Shown: piece after piece, positions 12,601 to 24,468 of the stretch | Numbering within the stretch: position 1 is the first letter of the stretch | Layout: every line of letters begins with the position of its first letter | From: Dimorphilus gyrociliatus | Lineage: Eukaryota > Animalia > Annelida | DNA length: 64,000 nucleotides | Assembly (NCBI GenBank): GCA_904063045.1 | Contig: CAJFCJ010000009.1 | Location: forward strand, 848,942-912,941 | Direction: 5' to 3' | Made by a program: the position numbers and the translations under genes | Notes under the pieces: model-generated | The model's input: only the letters and a program-made list of their open reading frames with translations | Told to the model about the DNA's origin: nothing | Database searches by the model: none

Positions 12601-15600
12601 TTGGCCATTTCATTTTACAAACATTGAATTTATACTAGATAAAAAGTGACCAAAGCTTATTAGACAATTAATATTTGTTAATTATTAAGGATACAAAGGC
12701 TGTAATTGCATAAATAATATAGGTAGCCATATGTCTCCGAGCAAAATTGGCACTTTTTTCCGACTTTGGGCATTGTTCACCATAGCGATAGTTTAAATGT
12801 GATGATAGAGAGTAGGGATAATCGGTGAAAAATCCATCGATTTTTTCATTTAAATATGCATCATATTCTCGCCGAATGTCATTTCCAAATAAGAAAGGGA
12901 CATGTTTGCTTTCAACTCGAAATGTATACACGTGCACCTTTAACTTCAAATCATGAGCTTCCTTAACTAGGCCAGTAGATTTAATTGTTCCATTCTTATA
13001 TCCTCCCCAATGAAAAATAAGATTTTTCCATAAACCAACGCCTTGTGCAAATTCCGCTGCTTCTCTAACAGTAGATGAGTCAAAATTTCGCCATGCTAAG
13101 TAAATGATGGGCATATCTGTTATTTTGTGTAAATTCTTGGCTGCTTCTTTATCGAAAGTTTGTATAAAGACTCGTTTACTTTTACTATCAAATCCATTAG
13201 TATAAAGTATATCCACTATCAATTGTTCGTAAGTCGTATTCTTTTCTTTAAATTGTGTTTTAAGTTGTTGTTTCTGCCATACTGGATATTTTAATTCAGG
13301 ATAGACACCAGTAGGTTTTTTTGAATTTTTCGCAACATTTAAAAATTCCTCCAGTGAACAGAGAGAATACTTAAAATTGTGAGACTGATCTCTATCAAGT
13401 CTGCTTTGTTTCACTTTCACCATTTTCAGTTCATCCCACGTAAAGTCTATAGAAAAGTAGTCTTCAGACATTGAAAATTCAGGCTCATCAAAGTCCATAT
13501 CGTGCTTTGTGATTCGATCTTTCAAGTCTTTTCTGGTACTAATATCAGTACTTGAATTCAATGAACAATCATGAGAACAGAATGGCACAAGATCTTTAGT
13601 GAGACATATATCACATTCAATAAAATCAGCTCCTTGGTTTATAGCTAATTCATATGCCGCAGTCGTATGTTCTGGCAATTCACCAGAGGCTCCTCTATGA
13701 GCAATTACCAAGGGCTTTTTAGAATCCAAATCAGAACTGCCCATTGAATTAATAATCGATAGTATAATTAATAAAAAACTACTTAGTACTCTCATCTTGA
13801 TGAAGGAATCGGTTGTCTGGATTCGTCTGCGTTAAGTAGCAAATAATGTAAATTAGGGTAAGCTGTTCAATACTTAAATTTTAGGGAAAGTTAGTGTTTT
13901 TATTTCGTATAAAAAAAACTTTCGCTAAATTTCAATTACCGTGGTACAAACGATCAAGTTATCGAGCTGCAGTTGTCAACTGTTTTTTTTTTTGGAGAAT
14001 GGAACAGTTAGCGATGATTACACACGATATCTGTAATGGGTAAAGCATTATTTCTAATTTTATATAATTAATATATTAACGATATGGCGTGGGTTATAAT
14101 AACTTAATTATATTGTATTCGACTATTATAGCATATCTAATCCCTATCCAGCTTTGTCAGTCTATAGGCGTATGTTTCCAATATAGGAAAAATGCAAATT
14201 TATCTTGTATATATTTATTTTTTTTTGAAAAACTTTTTATACGTATTAGAAATATGATAGTCCACAGTTAATATTAAATTTTTTACTTGTTTGAATTTCC
14301 GGATTCAGTTGAATTTTTCGAATGGCTATGGAAGGAAATAGTATAAAATATCTCTGATAACAAAAATAAACAAATGTTTGCTTTTTAATTTTGAAATTAT
14401 AATTTTATTCATACTTTCATATTTTAATTTTTTTAATGTATACCTATTTGGGGTGTCAGCAGAATAATGTAAATTACTCTTTCTTACTCCTAAATGTACG
14501 AAAGAGTGCGTTTCGCTAGTTGTAGCCTATGTAGAATTTATTTTTCTCCATCGAAATATTTTTATAGTTCGATTATCTTATCTATTTTATATAGATCGTG
14601 TTTATTAAAGATAATATATTTGTTTCATCTTAAACAGCCGTCTAGAGGCAGCTGTTGACGAATTAGCTTTCAATGCTAGTCGATTGAGTGAGAAGATAAA
14701 TTCAACGGGTCTTACTGGATTGTCCTATCTACCCTCTTTTAATGGTCTTCCTGACACTCCATTGAGGGACGCAGACCTACCAGAGAACGCTCGACACTTA
14801 CGAGACGAGTTTACTGAAAGGGAATTGGAGATTGAAAATTTGAAGAAAATGAAAAATCTCTCTTCTGAAGAGGACTTAAGACGAAAATCTACTTCAAAAA
14901 TTCCCAGACCAAACTCTGGGAAGAGGCGCCAGTCTGATTCAAGCTTAAAGGTACGTTGAATTAGGCGTGACTCTTACAGTAGATTTTATTCACCCATACA
15001 GCCTAACTCTATCATATTGTATTAAATCATGAATAATAAGAATTTTCTTAGTTCAAAAGGGTAGATAATCAATCGAACTGTCCATCTATGCAATACGCTT
15101 TTATTCACCTTGCGCATTATATTCTGACTCGTTATAGAATATTTAAAAAAAACGTATCAATTGTCGAAGCATAAAACATGTAGATTGAGAGACAAAAGTT
15201 ATTTATTTAATTATTTACTATGTTTGAATAGTATTAATTTTGTTTGTGTCTGCTTGATTTATAGTAAAAACTGTACGAGAGAATATTTAAACAAAGGAAG
15301 ATATTTTAAAGAAATTTTTATTTTTTTATTATTTATTTTTTTATGTAAAGATATAAAGAATCAATATTTTACTTATACGTATAAAAATTTACACTGGCTT
15401 GTCAGTTGATTGGTATAATCACGTGACTTAGGAAAAATGCGCTTCAGGTGAATTTTCTTTATTAAGATGTATAACTATTGTTACGATATTGAAAGCCATT
15501 AATTATACGTACGCAATTAAATCATTTCCTATTTGTAATTTGTTGCATTCAATATAATCCAATCAATCTATAATCCATAATCTGTCACCTTATAAAAAGG

Positions 15601-18600
15601 AAAACCCTAAACAAACAACAGTTTTGATTTCATTATTCTAAACCTTCCTGTATTCTAGCTTTTTAATGTAGGCAACGTAAACAGAATTAAAATATTCGAT
15701 AAGTTTTATTGATTATTGCCATTTTATGCTCCGATATGTTTTCTCAGGCTTCACGCGAAAATTTAGATGCTGGAAAGAATGACGACGCCCTTAATGAAAT
15801 CAAATACATTAAGGAGACAGCGGAAAAACTATCTTCAAAATTTTGCGAAATGATTCATCAAGATAGTGAAGGAGAAGTTGATTGCGTTGATATAACATCC
15901 AATAATGTTGTGGAATTCAAATATTCCATAGAGGACATAATCGATCGATTATCCATATTTCTTGGACGAATTGGAGGTATTGATTTTATTAACTATGATA
16001 ACTTATCTACTAAACTTTTTAGAGTACTCTTTTCAATTAAATACTTTCACGTCGGTTTATATACTTTTTTCCAAATTCTCTCTAACTCTCATAGATATGC
16101 ATATGCTTAGGCCTCTAGCTTATTTTTAACGACTTACCACGATGTATATTTTAGACATTATACGTACCTATTTTTATTTGCTTTAGTGGGTTTTAATTTC
16201 AAATTTACTGTTAAATATTATCTTCCAATAATTTGGTCTTTCAATTTGAAATAGCAATATTTCTAAAACTTGGTATCAAGCCAATTTTATATTTACTGTG
16301 GTATAAAAAATCAAAATATCATCCGTAGTCCACCAGTTTTTGAGTTATTCTACGCTAAAGATAAAATACTCAGCATCTGGTTCTAAATAAGCCTATTCCC
16401 GTATGGTAGTAAAACGAAAATTATATGGTATCATCCTAAGCAAATTTTAATGTAAAGAGAAATTTATTGCTTAAGAATCTTCATTATTTGTTTCATTCCT
16501 TATATATATTGGTGGTATATATCATGTAGCTGCAATAGTTTATGTTATTGATTTAGCCACTTTTAATCTGCTGAAATTTCTTCTAATAGGAACTTCAATT
16601 AGACGTAAAATACTTGAATTTAATTAATTATTTCCTTATCTACACAAATATATTTCCGTTTCATTTCAATAATTTCGCATTGGAAAATTCTTTACTCACT
16701 ATAAGTGTTATTCGTGTTACAAAATTTTTATATACTTAAATCATAAATGCTGTAATTGGAAAATATTTTGGATATCAAGTTAATTAAAAGCGTACTTTTT
16801 ATGTACTGTATATACTAAGTTCTGCTCTTTACTAGCTCCCCCATCTCCCCAATCCGCTCCCCAATTCAAAAAATCCAATTAAATTACAAAACATTTAATT
16901 TTTGTTTTGAAACTTTTTTTTATAATTAAAATATTTGTTTAATTGTTTTAATTAAACAATTAAAAAAAAAACAATTTTAGTTTGTAGAATTTTCGCTTGA
17001 AAAATATGCCGATCTTTTATACTGTATTGTAAAAACATATAGCTATGCTATATATATATAAGTATTTCAATCTTTAGCTGACAGCGAAAAATCGATTTTT
17101 TTTATCTTATCTAATTAATCATTGAAACGAGAAGCAACTGAAAAATGGAAATATTTCTAGCAAAAAGAATATTAGGAAGTCTTTTAAGTAGAGAGAAAGT
17201 TGTTTGTCATGATCCTGAGTGTCCTTTATCTCCTACTAATGAAACTGTTAACAATTTTACAGCCAATTCTGTACCACTCGATATCAATGAGGAATCTGAA
17301 GTTGTTAAGAGATTAAAGGCTAGAATTGATTCCTTGTATCTAGAAACAAGACAACAAAATGAAGAGATCAAGAAATTGGAGTCTCTGGCAGACCAAAGGT
17401 TAGATGAGTTAAACGAATTGATGGAAGATCTATCGAAGAAGGACGAAGAATTACAATCAGTAAAATGTCATCTCAGCTCGGTAGAAAGACCACGAGATGG
17501 ATCAGAATCAAGCAGACGCTTTATAGAAGATCATAGCCCTTTTAAAACTCTAAGAGAACCGTCCTTAGGATCCGAACCAAATGAAGGAGCATCTATACCT
17601 CCAGTAGATTTAGAAACAGCTCAAAAAATCTTCGAACTCAATCAAGATATTGAGCAGCTGCAAAAAGAATTGGACACTGCTAAAAAATCATCAGAAGAAT
17701 CAAAAGAAGAGCTAGAGAAAAACAGAGCTGAAAATGACAAATTTAGGGAAGAAATTGAGAGCCTCCACAATCAAATAGAAGATACAATGACACATTCAAA
17801 GGACATTAAGCAAGCTTTGGAAGAGAGAATAAGCATACTACAGAATGAATTGGAGACAAAGGATAGTGAGCTAGGAACTTTGGCCAGAGAAGCTAAAAGA
17901 TTAAGAGAAGAACTGGAAGAAAACAGATCTGAGGAAATCTTACAAGAATTGGACAGAGTGAAAGCGGAAAGAGATGAACTTATTCTAAGAAAAAGCTTAA
18001 ATACAACGCCAAAAATCACTCCACAAAATACGCCTCAATCAAGTCCCCTCCGATTGTCACCACATTCAACTTCATCTTCAAGAATTCGTCCATCATCTCC
18101 TGGTGGTAAGTTGACAAGAGTCGCTATTTATATTATCTAACAAGATATATTTTTGCACAATTAGCTTGTTTTAAGTTAGTAAAATTTATGCACACTTTTT
18201 AATTATAAGAATACATAGGTTCTTTCATTCAAAAAGAAAAAAAAAGAAAAGATAAAAGAGAAATACCGATTTCCTTTTCTTTTTAAATTCTTTTAATAGT
18301 TTTCTCGGTAATTAATCACTTAATCGATTATCACATCTTTTACAGTTGATTAAAAGAAAATAACCTTAGCTTTATCAGCAGCTAATTTATATTTCACCTA
18401 TTACTTTGTTGTAGAAATATCAGTTGTCAGTAGACTGATAAATATTATTTATTATTAATAATTAAATTTTACAACGAAAAACAAGCTTTTTATTTTATAT
18501 ATTTTTATTATCTTGTTTTTTTTTCTTCACATTTGTTCACTAACACTAAAAACAAATTATTTAAGCCCTGCTTTTTTGTTAGTTTATCACCTTGTTTTTT

Positions 18601-19753
18601 AAAGAACCGCTTTTCAGTTCACTTAAAACGCTTTCTTAACCGCAAATTTTCCACTTTTCTAACTTTCTCTTCTAGATAGTTTGGGCGTACCTTCTCCCAT
18701 GTCATTCAGCAGCGTCGACTACGTGCCTAAAGGATATTTTGGGGCATTGGCACAAAAAATGATAGTCGAACATGAAATGGATAAAATTCGCAAGGGTAAG
18801 AGAAACCGTGCGAATCGGAGATATGAAAATTTGGAATGATTGTTGTTCTAAATTTTTTGCACAGAAGCTTCCGCTTGATTTTGTTTATGATTAGTAAGCC
18901 TTTTTAACAATCGTTTTTGCTGTTTAATAACTTTTGATCAATTTTTCAACGTCAATTTTTTTTCATCAACCTTTGTCCCTATCAATTGTTCTATCAGCTA
19001 TACTCGATATAAAGTGTATTAATTGAATTTTTCTTCTTTTATTTAATAACATTGATAGATTACCGTTCAAAGGAGTTAGCTTCGCGCTATAGTATTGAAG
19101 ATCCAAGATGCCCACCAGGTAAGCCTATAGTTTATCTTCATATGATTTAATCACGAATATTAACATTAAAAAAAACAAAAAAGGCATGGTGGATGTTTTG
19201 CCTAGTATTTTATTTTACGATAAGAGACGGATAATTTAATAGAATTATTCATTTCTATGAATGAATAAAATCTTTTTTTTAATTGTCGTCAAATGAAACG
19301 GAACAAAATTTAAGCAAAAATTACAACTGCTACTATCACTATTATTAATATATAAATGACAAAAAAAGAAAGCACATGTTCCGATTTTGCTTACTATTAA
19401 AAAAAGATTTTGCATGTGCTGCTTGTTTTTTATTATTATTATTATTATTTTATTTATTATTCATGCATTTAATTATTGTTTTTATGCAAAAAAAAAACAA
19501 AAATATCATCATTTTTTTTAAAATCTAATAATTTAGAGGAAGAAAGTTTTGAAGCATCAGGTATAATGTCTTGTTGTTTAAAAATGATCCACATTTATCT
19601 GTCGTTTGGGCTTTTTTTTCTTAGTAGACTTCTTAGATATAAAAAAATTTCTTGTTAAGTTTATAATAGGCTACTGAGTTTCATAGAAAGTATGCTGTGG
19701 TGAAATATTAACAAAAAATGATTTACCAACGTAGTTGATTCTTTACATGTACA

Positions 19754-19788
<35 letters not shown>

Positions 19789-21448
19789 TTAGATATATTT
19801 ATATATGCATCTATTGTATATTTATGTACAGTATTTCTGTATATATAAATACGAATCTAAGCAACTATTTTTTCCAATTATACTCGTAAAAAATATAAAA
19901 TTATCTTATAAAATTTTACTTTCGTGTCATACAGTTGCATCGCCAGTCAGAATTGGCTCAGATTTACGTACACTCTACGCTCTGGGTAAATTAGATGATT
20001 TTGAATTACTTAAGAAACAAGTTGAAGAATGTAAGAGTCTTATATCTGGTATTACTATACGTTTGGATCAAAGATTGAAATGTTATGGCAGATTATCACC
20101 TTCAAATGTAAGTTTTCATATATTTTTTACTTAATTACCATGTTATCTGGTTATTTGTCTTTATATATATATATATAAATTATATATATATATATATAAT
20201 AAAACATATTCTTCTAAATATTTCTCTTAAATATTGTTCACCCAAAGTGAAAAAAAATGTACACCGTTAACACACTTTTTTTAGTTTCTTCTTTTGTTTT
20301 TCTATAATTTTTCTTTTAAAAAAAACTATCAATTGCAAATTTAATTTTCGCAAAATATTTTCTCACTATATTTTCATTGCATCATTTCATCACAGCGTTA
20401 TAAGGTAACAAAATCTGTTTCTGTTAATCTTTATTTACGCATTTTGCTTTTGAATTTGTATTGAACTAATATGGTCCTTTTATGAATTGTTTTTTGATGA
20501 AAATAGTATTTAATTTATTATAATTTTTTGTTTGAAAAAAAAATTACTAATCCCATTTTCCCATAATTTAAAAAAAGAGAAGAGAACTTGATGAATATTT
20601 ATTTAGATATACGAAAAGATTTTCTATTGTATACTTAAAAATATAGATTTCCAAGAACCTTGTAATGCTCATTGTGTCTAGATAATACCCACGATATATT
20701 TTTAATTACAAAAAGCATTTCCTTCTTAAAAGAGTAGAACATTGAAACAAAAAACTTTCGTTTTAATCGAATGTGAATGAATCTATATATCTATTGAAGT
20801 TTTATGATATAATGGATAACCCAATTTGTATGTTTTTGTTTGTTTTTCCTTTTTTTTTTGCATGATTGCTGATTATAGCATGTGTATATTACCACCTTTG
20901 AAGTGGTTGTTCAGAAATCAACAAATATTGATAATATATCTTCTATGCATATCTATCCACTCAATATATACTCTCTGCTAATTGACAAATTTCTCATCAT
21001 GTCTTGCATTTTTAAATTCAGAGTCCGGATTATTCTGTTCTAAGAGAAGTTAATATGAATGTTGTCAACGTCCAGCACATTATTCAAGAAGTTCAACGAA
21101 TCATTTCACTGTTCTGGGTTACTGAGGCAGGATCCGCAGACCCTTCTATTGAAAAGCGGCTACGCTTTAAAATAGGAGAACTAGAATGTCGTTTATCAGC
21201 GAGAGATGAGGAATATTTCAAATTAGTTAAGAAATTAAGAGAAACGAATGAGAGGAAAAGACGATTTCAGGAACAATTAATTGCCAAACGTGATTATTTA
21301 AAATAGCAAAGTTTATCTCTAATCTTTTTTTGTATTACTTTTAACAGTCGATGAAAACAATGCTATTCTTGGAAAAGCTCAAGGTAATCTTGAAAAGCGA
21401 GTTTCCAACGGTGATTACCAAGTACCTCACGAAACGATTGTTATATAG
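9651..21448 (+). CDS. Centrosomin/CDK5RAP2/myomegalin-family centrosomal coiled-coil protein (CM1 and CM2 domains); multi-exon with long introns
   Basis: CM1/gamma-TuNA motif MKEYDQ|QLAELKKENFNLKLRIYFLEQ, long coiled coils, and a CM2-like C-terminus (YALGKLDDFELLKKQV...ISLFW...AILGKAQGNLE). Splice phases are consistent across the exons at 9635, 9869, 10465, 11104, 11463, 12505, 14638, 15748, 17161, 18676, 19059, 19935, 21022 and ~21348. Confidence 0.88.
12668..13795 (-). CDS. Glycerophosphodiester phosphodiesterase (GlpQ/GDPD family); signal peptide and C-terminal hydrophobic anchor; intronless; nested in a centrosomin intron
   Basis: VIAHRGASG, FIECDI...SHD, YPELK and GFFTDYP motifs. N-terminal hydrophobic signal; C-terminal MATYIIYAITAFVSLII. 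Lies entirely inside host intron 12582-14637. Confidence 0.92.
   Translation of the reverse strand: MRVLSSFLLIILSIINSMGSSDLDSKKPLVIAHRGASGELPEHTTAAYELAINQGADFIECDICLTKDLVPFCSHDCSLNSSTDISTRKDLKDRITKHDMDFDEPEFSMSEDYFSIDFTWDELKMVKVKQSRLDRDQSHNFKYSLCSLEEFLNVAKNSKKPTGVYPELKYPVWQKQQLKTQFKEKNTTYEQLIVDILYTNGFDSKSKRVFIQTFDKEAAKNLHKITDMPIIYLAWRNFDSSTVREAAEFAQGVGLWKNLIFHWGGYKNGTIKSTGLVKEAHDLKLKVHVYTFRVESKHVPFLFGNDIRREYDAYLNEKIDGFFTDYPYSLSSHLNYRYGEQCPKSEKSANFARRHMATYIIYAITAFVSLIINKY
19758..19785. repeat. (TA)n microsatellite, ~14 units, intronic
   Basis: Directly visible TA run. Confidence 0.9.
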
Positions 21449-21741
21449 GATTAGAAGCTTTAAACGAAAATCAAAACCATTCAGTTTACCACCGTCCACC
21501 TACAATTTTTTCTAACGTGTGCTAAGACTGTGAAATTTCTTTGTTGCAGTTTTGTTATATGGTAGTAAATTTTTAACTTAAACAAAGTAGAAAACGCTAG
21601 AAAAGTCTCACTGTTGAAGAAGCGTTTATTTAATTTGTCGATAAAAGAGCAATAAACAAAAATAAAAATAATAAATTTACTCTTGAATTTCCAAAAGCGT
21701 ATATATATTTAGGAGAATGGGACTTCCAATTCAAAAATATT

Positions 21742-22339
21742 CTAACCTCCGTGCAAGGTAGATATAAACGATATTTTGTCTTTAGCTTCAACAACGTATT
21801 CCGATTGACCCTATACAAATAAATTAATTGGAACAAACTTTAAATATATAAAGTTTATATATATATTATAAATAACTTACATATAATTCCCAATCAGCGT
21901 CATTTATTAGCACAAGGATTCCTGGTCGTCTGAAAAAAAGAGTGGTTAAGAGAACTTCCGCTTTGTTTTATTTGAATTTTTCCTTATTCTTAGTTTTTAA
22001 ACGCTTACATAGTATCATCTTGAAGAAATAATTCAGGCTTATCTCGTAATAGATTATCTCTAATCCAAAGCAGCAAAGAGCCGATTGTCCCTATTTTTCA
22101 TAATTAAGATTAATTATTTGTTTCCGTGAGTCACTTGAAGACTTACACTTTTCGGTGTCTGGTAAATTTACTTCATGAGATTTTTTATTGTCAAACAGCA
22201 TTTCTGCGCCTCCGCTGTAAACAAAACCCATGCAACAGAACGATAATATAAGTAAATGTATAAAAATATATGAAACAAATCAAAAATTTAAAAACGAATA
22301 AAACAATATATTTCACCTGAATTCTAGTGTTATTAACAT
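21742..22339 (-). CDS. URM1: Ubiquitin-related modifier 1 (96 aa, 5 exons)
   Basis: Spliced translation MLITLEFSGGAEMLFDNKK...WTIGSLLLWIRDNLLRDKPELF...RPGILVLINDADWELY|GQSEY...FISTLHGG*, ending in the C-terminal GG. Not in the ORF track. Confidence 0.97.
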
Positions 22340-22562
22340 TTTTTGAGCTTAGATTATAATCTATTGTATTCCTCACAGGCTAATATAATTTAATAAAGTT
22401 TTTCCTATTATCTCTATATCGTATCGACTGCCATCGGATGATTTCGATACATCGAATAATAATATTTCGATATAAATATAAAGTTTGTGATCAGTATACA
22501 AGAGATATAGAAAGTTTAATTTTAAAGAAAATTTCAAAAGAAGGAAGTTTGTTTTTAGATAT

Positions 22563-23392
22563 TCATTTATTAGCTTTTACAATTGTTTCATCAATGATTC
22601 TCATTTGAGGTTTACTAGCTATATGTCCATAGATCGCTTGATAACCATTTAAATACTCAATTTTAACATTTTCGAAGCCAGCACTTTCTAAAGCATGCAT
22701 GTATTTGATAGGATCGAAGCTAGCATATTTCATTAAGCCTTTCTTTTTCGATAATTTTAATCGTTCTAAATTTAAAGTAGCTACAACATAAGAATTTGGC
22801 TTCAAAACTCTGTACAATTCGGTGCAGGCTAGAGGCATATCTTTCCAAAAGTAATAACAATTGACATGATAGATCCTGTCGAAGGTGTTTGGGGCGTATG
22901 GTAATTGTGTCACTGACCCATAAGTTATGTCAAGTTTCCCAGCATTTATATATTTTTTATAAAACAAATTTGCAGAGTTAACCATCGAAAGAGACAATTC
23001 GATCCCGTATATTTTACCTTTACCATCTAAAGAAATGTACAAGTTTTTATTATCAAAATTATATTATAATGAAATGTTAGGTATATAAGATGTAAATGAC
23101 TATAAAGCAAAAACAACCTTGAACTTTTTCCACTGCTTTGGATAAGCCTACTCCGGGCCCAAACCCAATTTCCAAAACAGTATGATCTTTCTCTATTTTG
23201 GATAGTTTAACTGCATTCTCTTCCAATGTTCTGTTCCTTCTCCTTAAGAAATAATGCTAGTTTTTCGTAAAGAAACTGATGAAAAATTATAACAAGAAAA
23301 TATTTTTAACATACACCAATAATTAAGCCGCTGAGCGAATTTCTGGGTTTTGCCAAGTTTCTAGCAACAAGTTCAATCAATCTTTCCTTCAT
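22563..23392 (-). CDS. Class I SAM-dependent methyltransferase (Methyltransf_11-like; resembles bacterial YdaC/UbiE-type); 3 exons
   Basis: Motif I VLEIGFGPG in exon 2, plus LPYAPNTFDRIYHVNCYYFW and LYRVLKP. ATG at 23392 (MKERLIELVARNLAKP). Confidence 0.85.
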
Positions 23393-24005
23393 TGTTGCAA
23401 ATCTTTCGGAGTTTAGTAAGAAAATCTCAACTTGATGAAAATTTTGAATTCGAAATTATTTCTGTTAAATATCTAATACGTATATAAAGAAGAAATCGCA
23501 GTGATCTATCTTAAATGTTTGCAAGAAATTATCTTGAATTAAAAAGCTTTGAAAAAACATTCTAGATGTTGTAACAGTGTCCCTAATTTAGATATCTATC
23601 GAACAATACATAAAGTAAAGTTATGTAGTTTTTAGCATTAAAGAATTACGGATGAAGTATTTTATTGAATAGTCCGTATTGATTATATTCCAAATTAAAT
23701 AACTTGTTATTTTTCAATATTGTGAAGCAAATATTTAATTTTTCTAAAACAAAAATTCAAACAAATATTTTATCAAGAAGTCTTATTTGAAAGTGTAAAT
23801 TAATCAATTTTTTTATTTTATTTAGAAATTAAGTATGAAAATATTTTGTATGTTCGTAAACATCATTTTTCTGCTCAGCTATTTTAACTTGAGTGAAATT
23901 AAAGTAGATAGAAACAGGAAACGGATCATCGAAGATTGACTCGTGTTAGAGCGAAATAGACTAGTTTATCATTTCAGTTAATATTATTTATAGCCCAAAT
24001 AAAAA

Positions 24006-24296
24006 ATGACTTATATTACGATCTGGGAAGAATTTGCCAAAGCGGCCGAAAGATTGTATTTAGCTGATCCGATGAAGGTATTTTTCACTATAATATGTTC
24101 TTCTTTTTGATGAAATCATTTTATTCGACAGTGCCGTTTCATTCTGAAGTATCGAAATTGTGACGGACAATTGAAAGTTAAAATCACGGACGATCAAGTA
24201 TGCCTGCAATATCGAACCGAACATGCTCAGGATGTTAAAAAAGTAGAAAAATTGACAAGTCAAATGATGCGACATATGGCCTCTAAGGAACGTTGA
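24006..24296 (+). CDS. SRP9: Signal recognition particle 9 kDa protein; 2 exons
   Basis: [24 protein letters not shown]|[41 protein letters not shown]...*. Not in the ORF track. Confidence 0.97.
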
Positions 24297-24468
24297 TAGT
24301 TGCTTGTATAGTTGTTAGCTTATGTTTATAAATAATAAAATAATTAATGTTTTTTTTCATTTATTTAAGTTATTTTAGTGCGTATCGCTCTATTTCTTTC
24401 CACAATTAATTCTCAACCAAATCATCTAGCATAATAAAATTCAGTTACATATGTACATTATTAAAGTC

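Noticed and set aside
13840-13857. 18-nt plus-strand AG...GTAAG island next to the GDPD promoter
   Set aside because: Gives an immediate stop in the host frame and overlaps the probable promoter of the nested gene.
15977-16110. Hydrophobic C-terminus of ORF 15709-16110 as a membrane-anchored isoform
   Set aside because: A phase-1 donor at 15977 fits the acceptor at 17160. The hydrophobic tail looks like read-through into AT-rich intron; an alternative last exon cannot be excluded.
16180-16430. Slightly GC-richer intronic stretch with coding-like fragments on the minus strand
   Set aside because: Multiple stops and no recognisable family; it may be a decayed element but cannot be supported.
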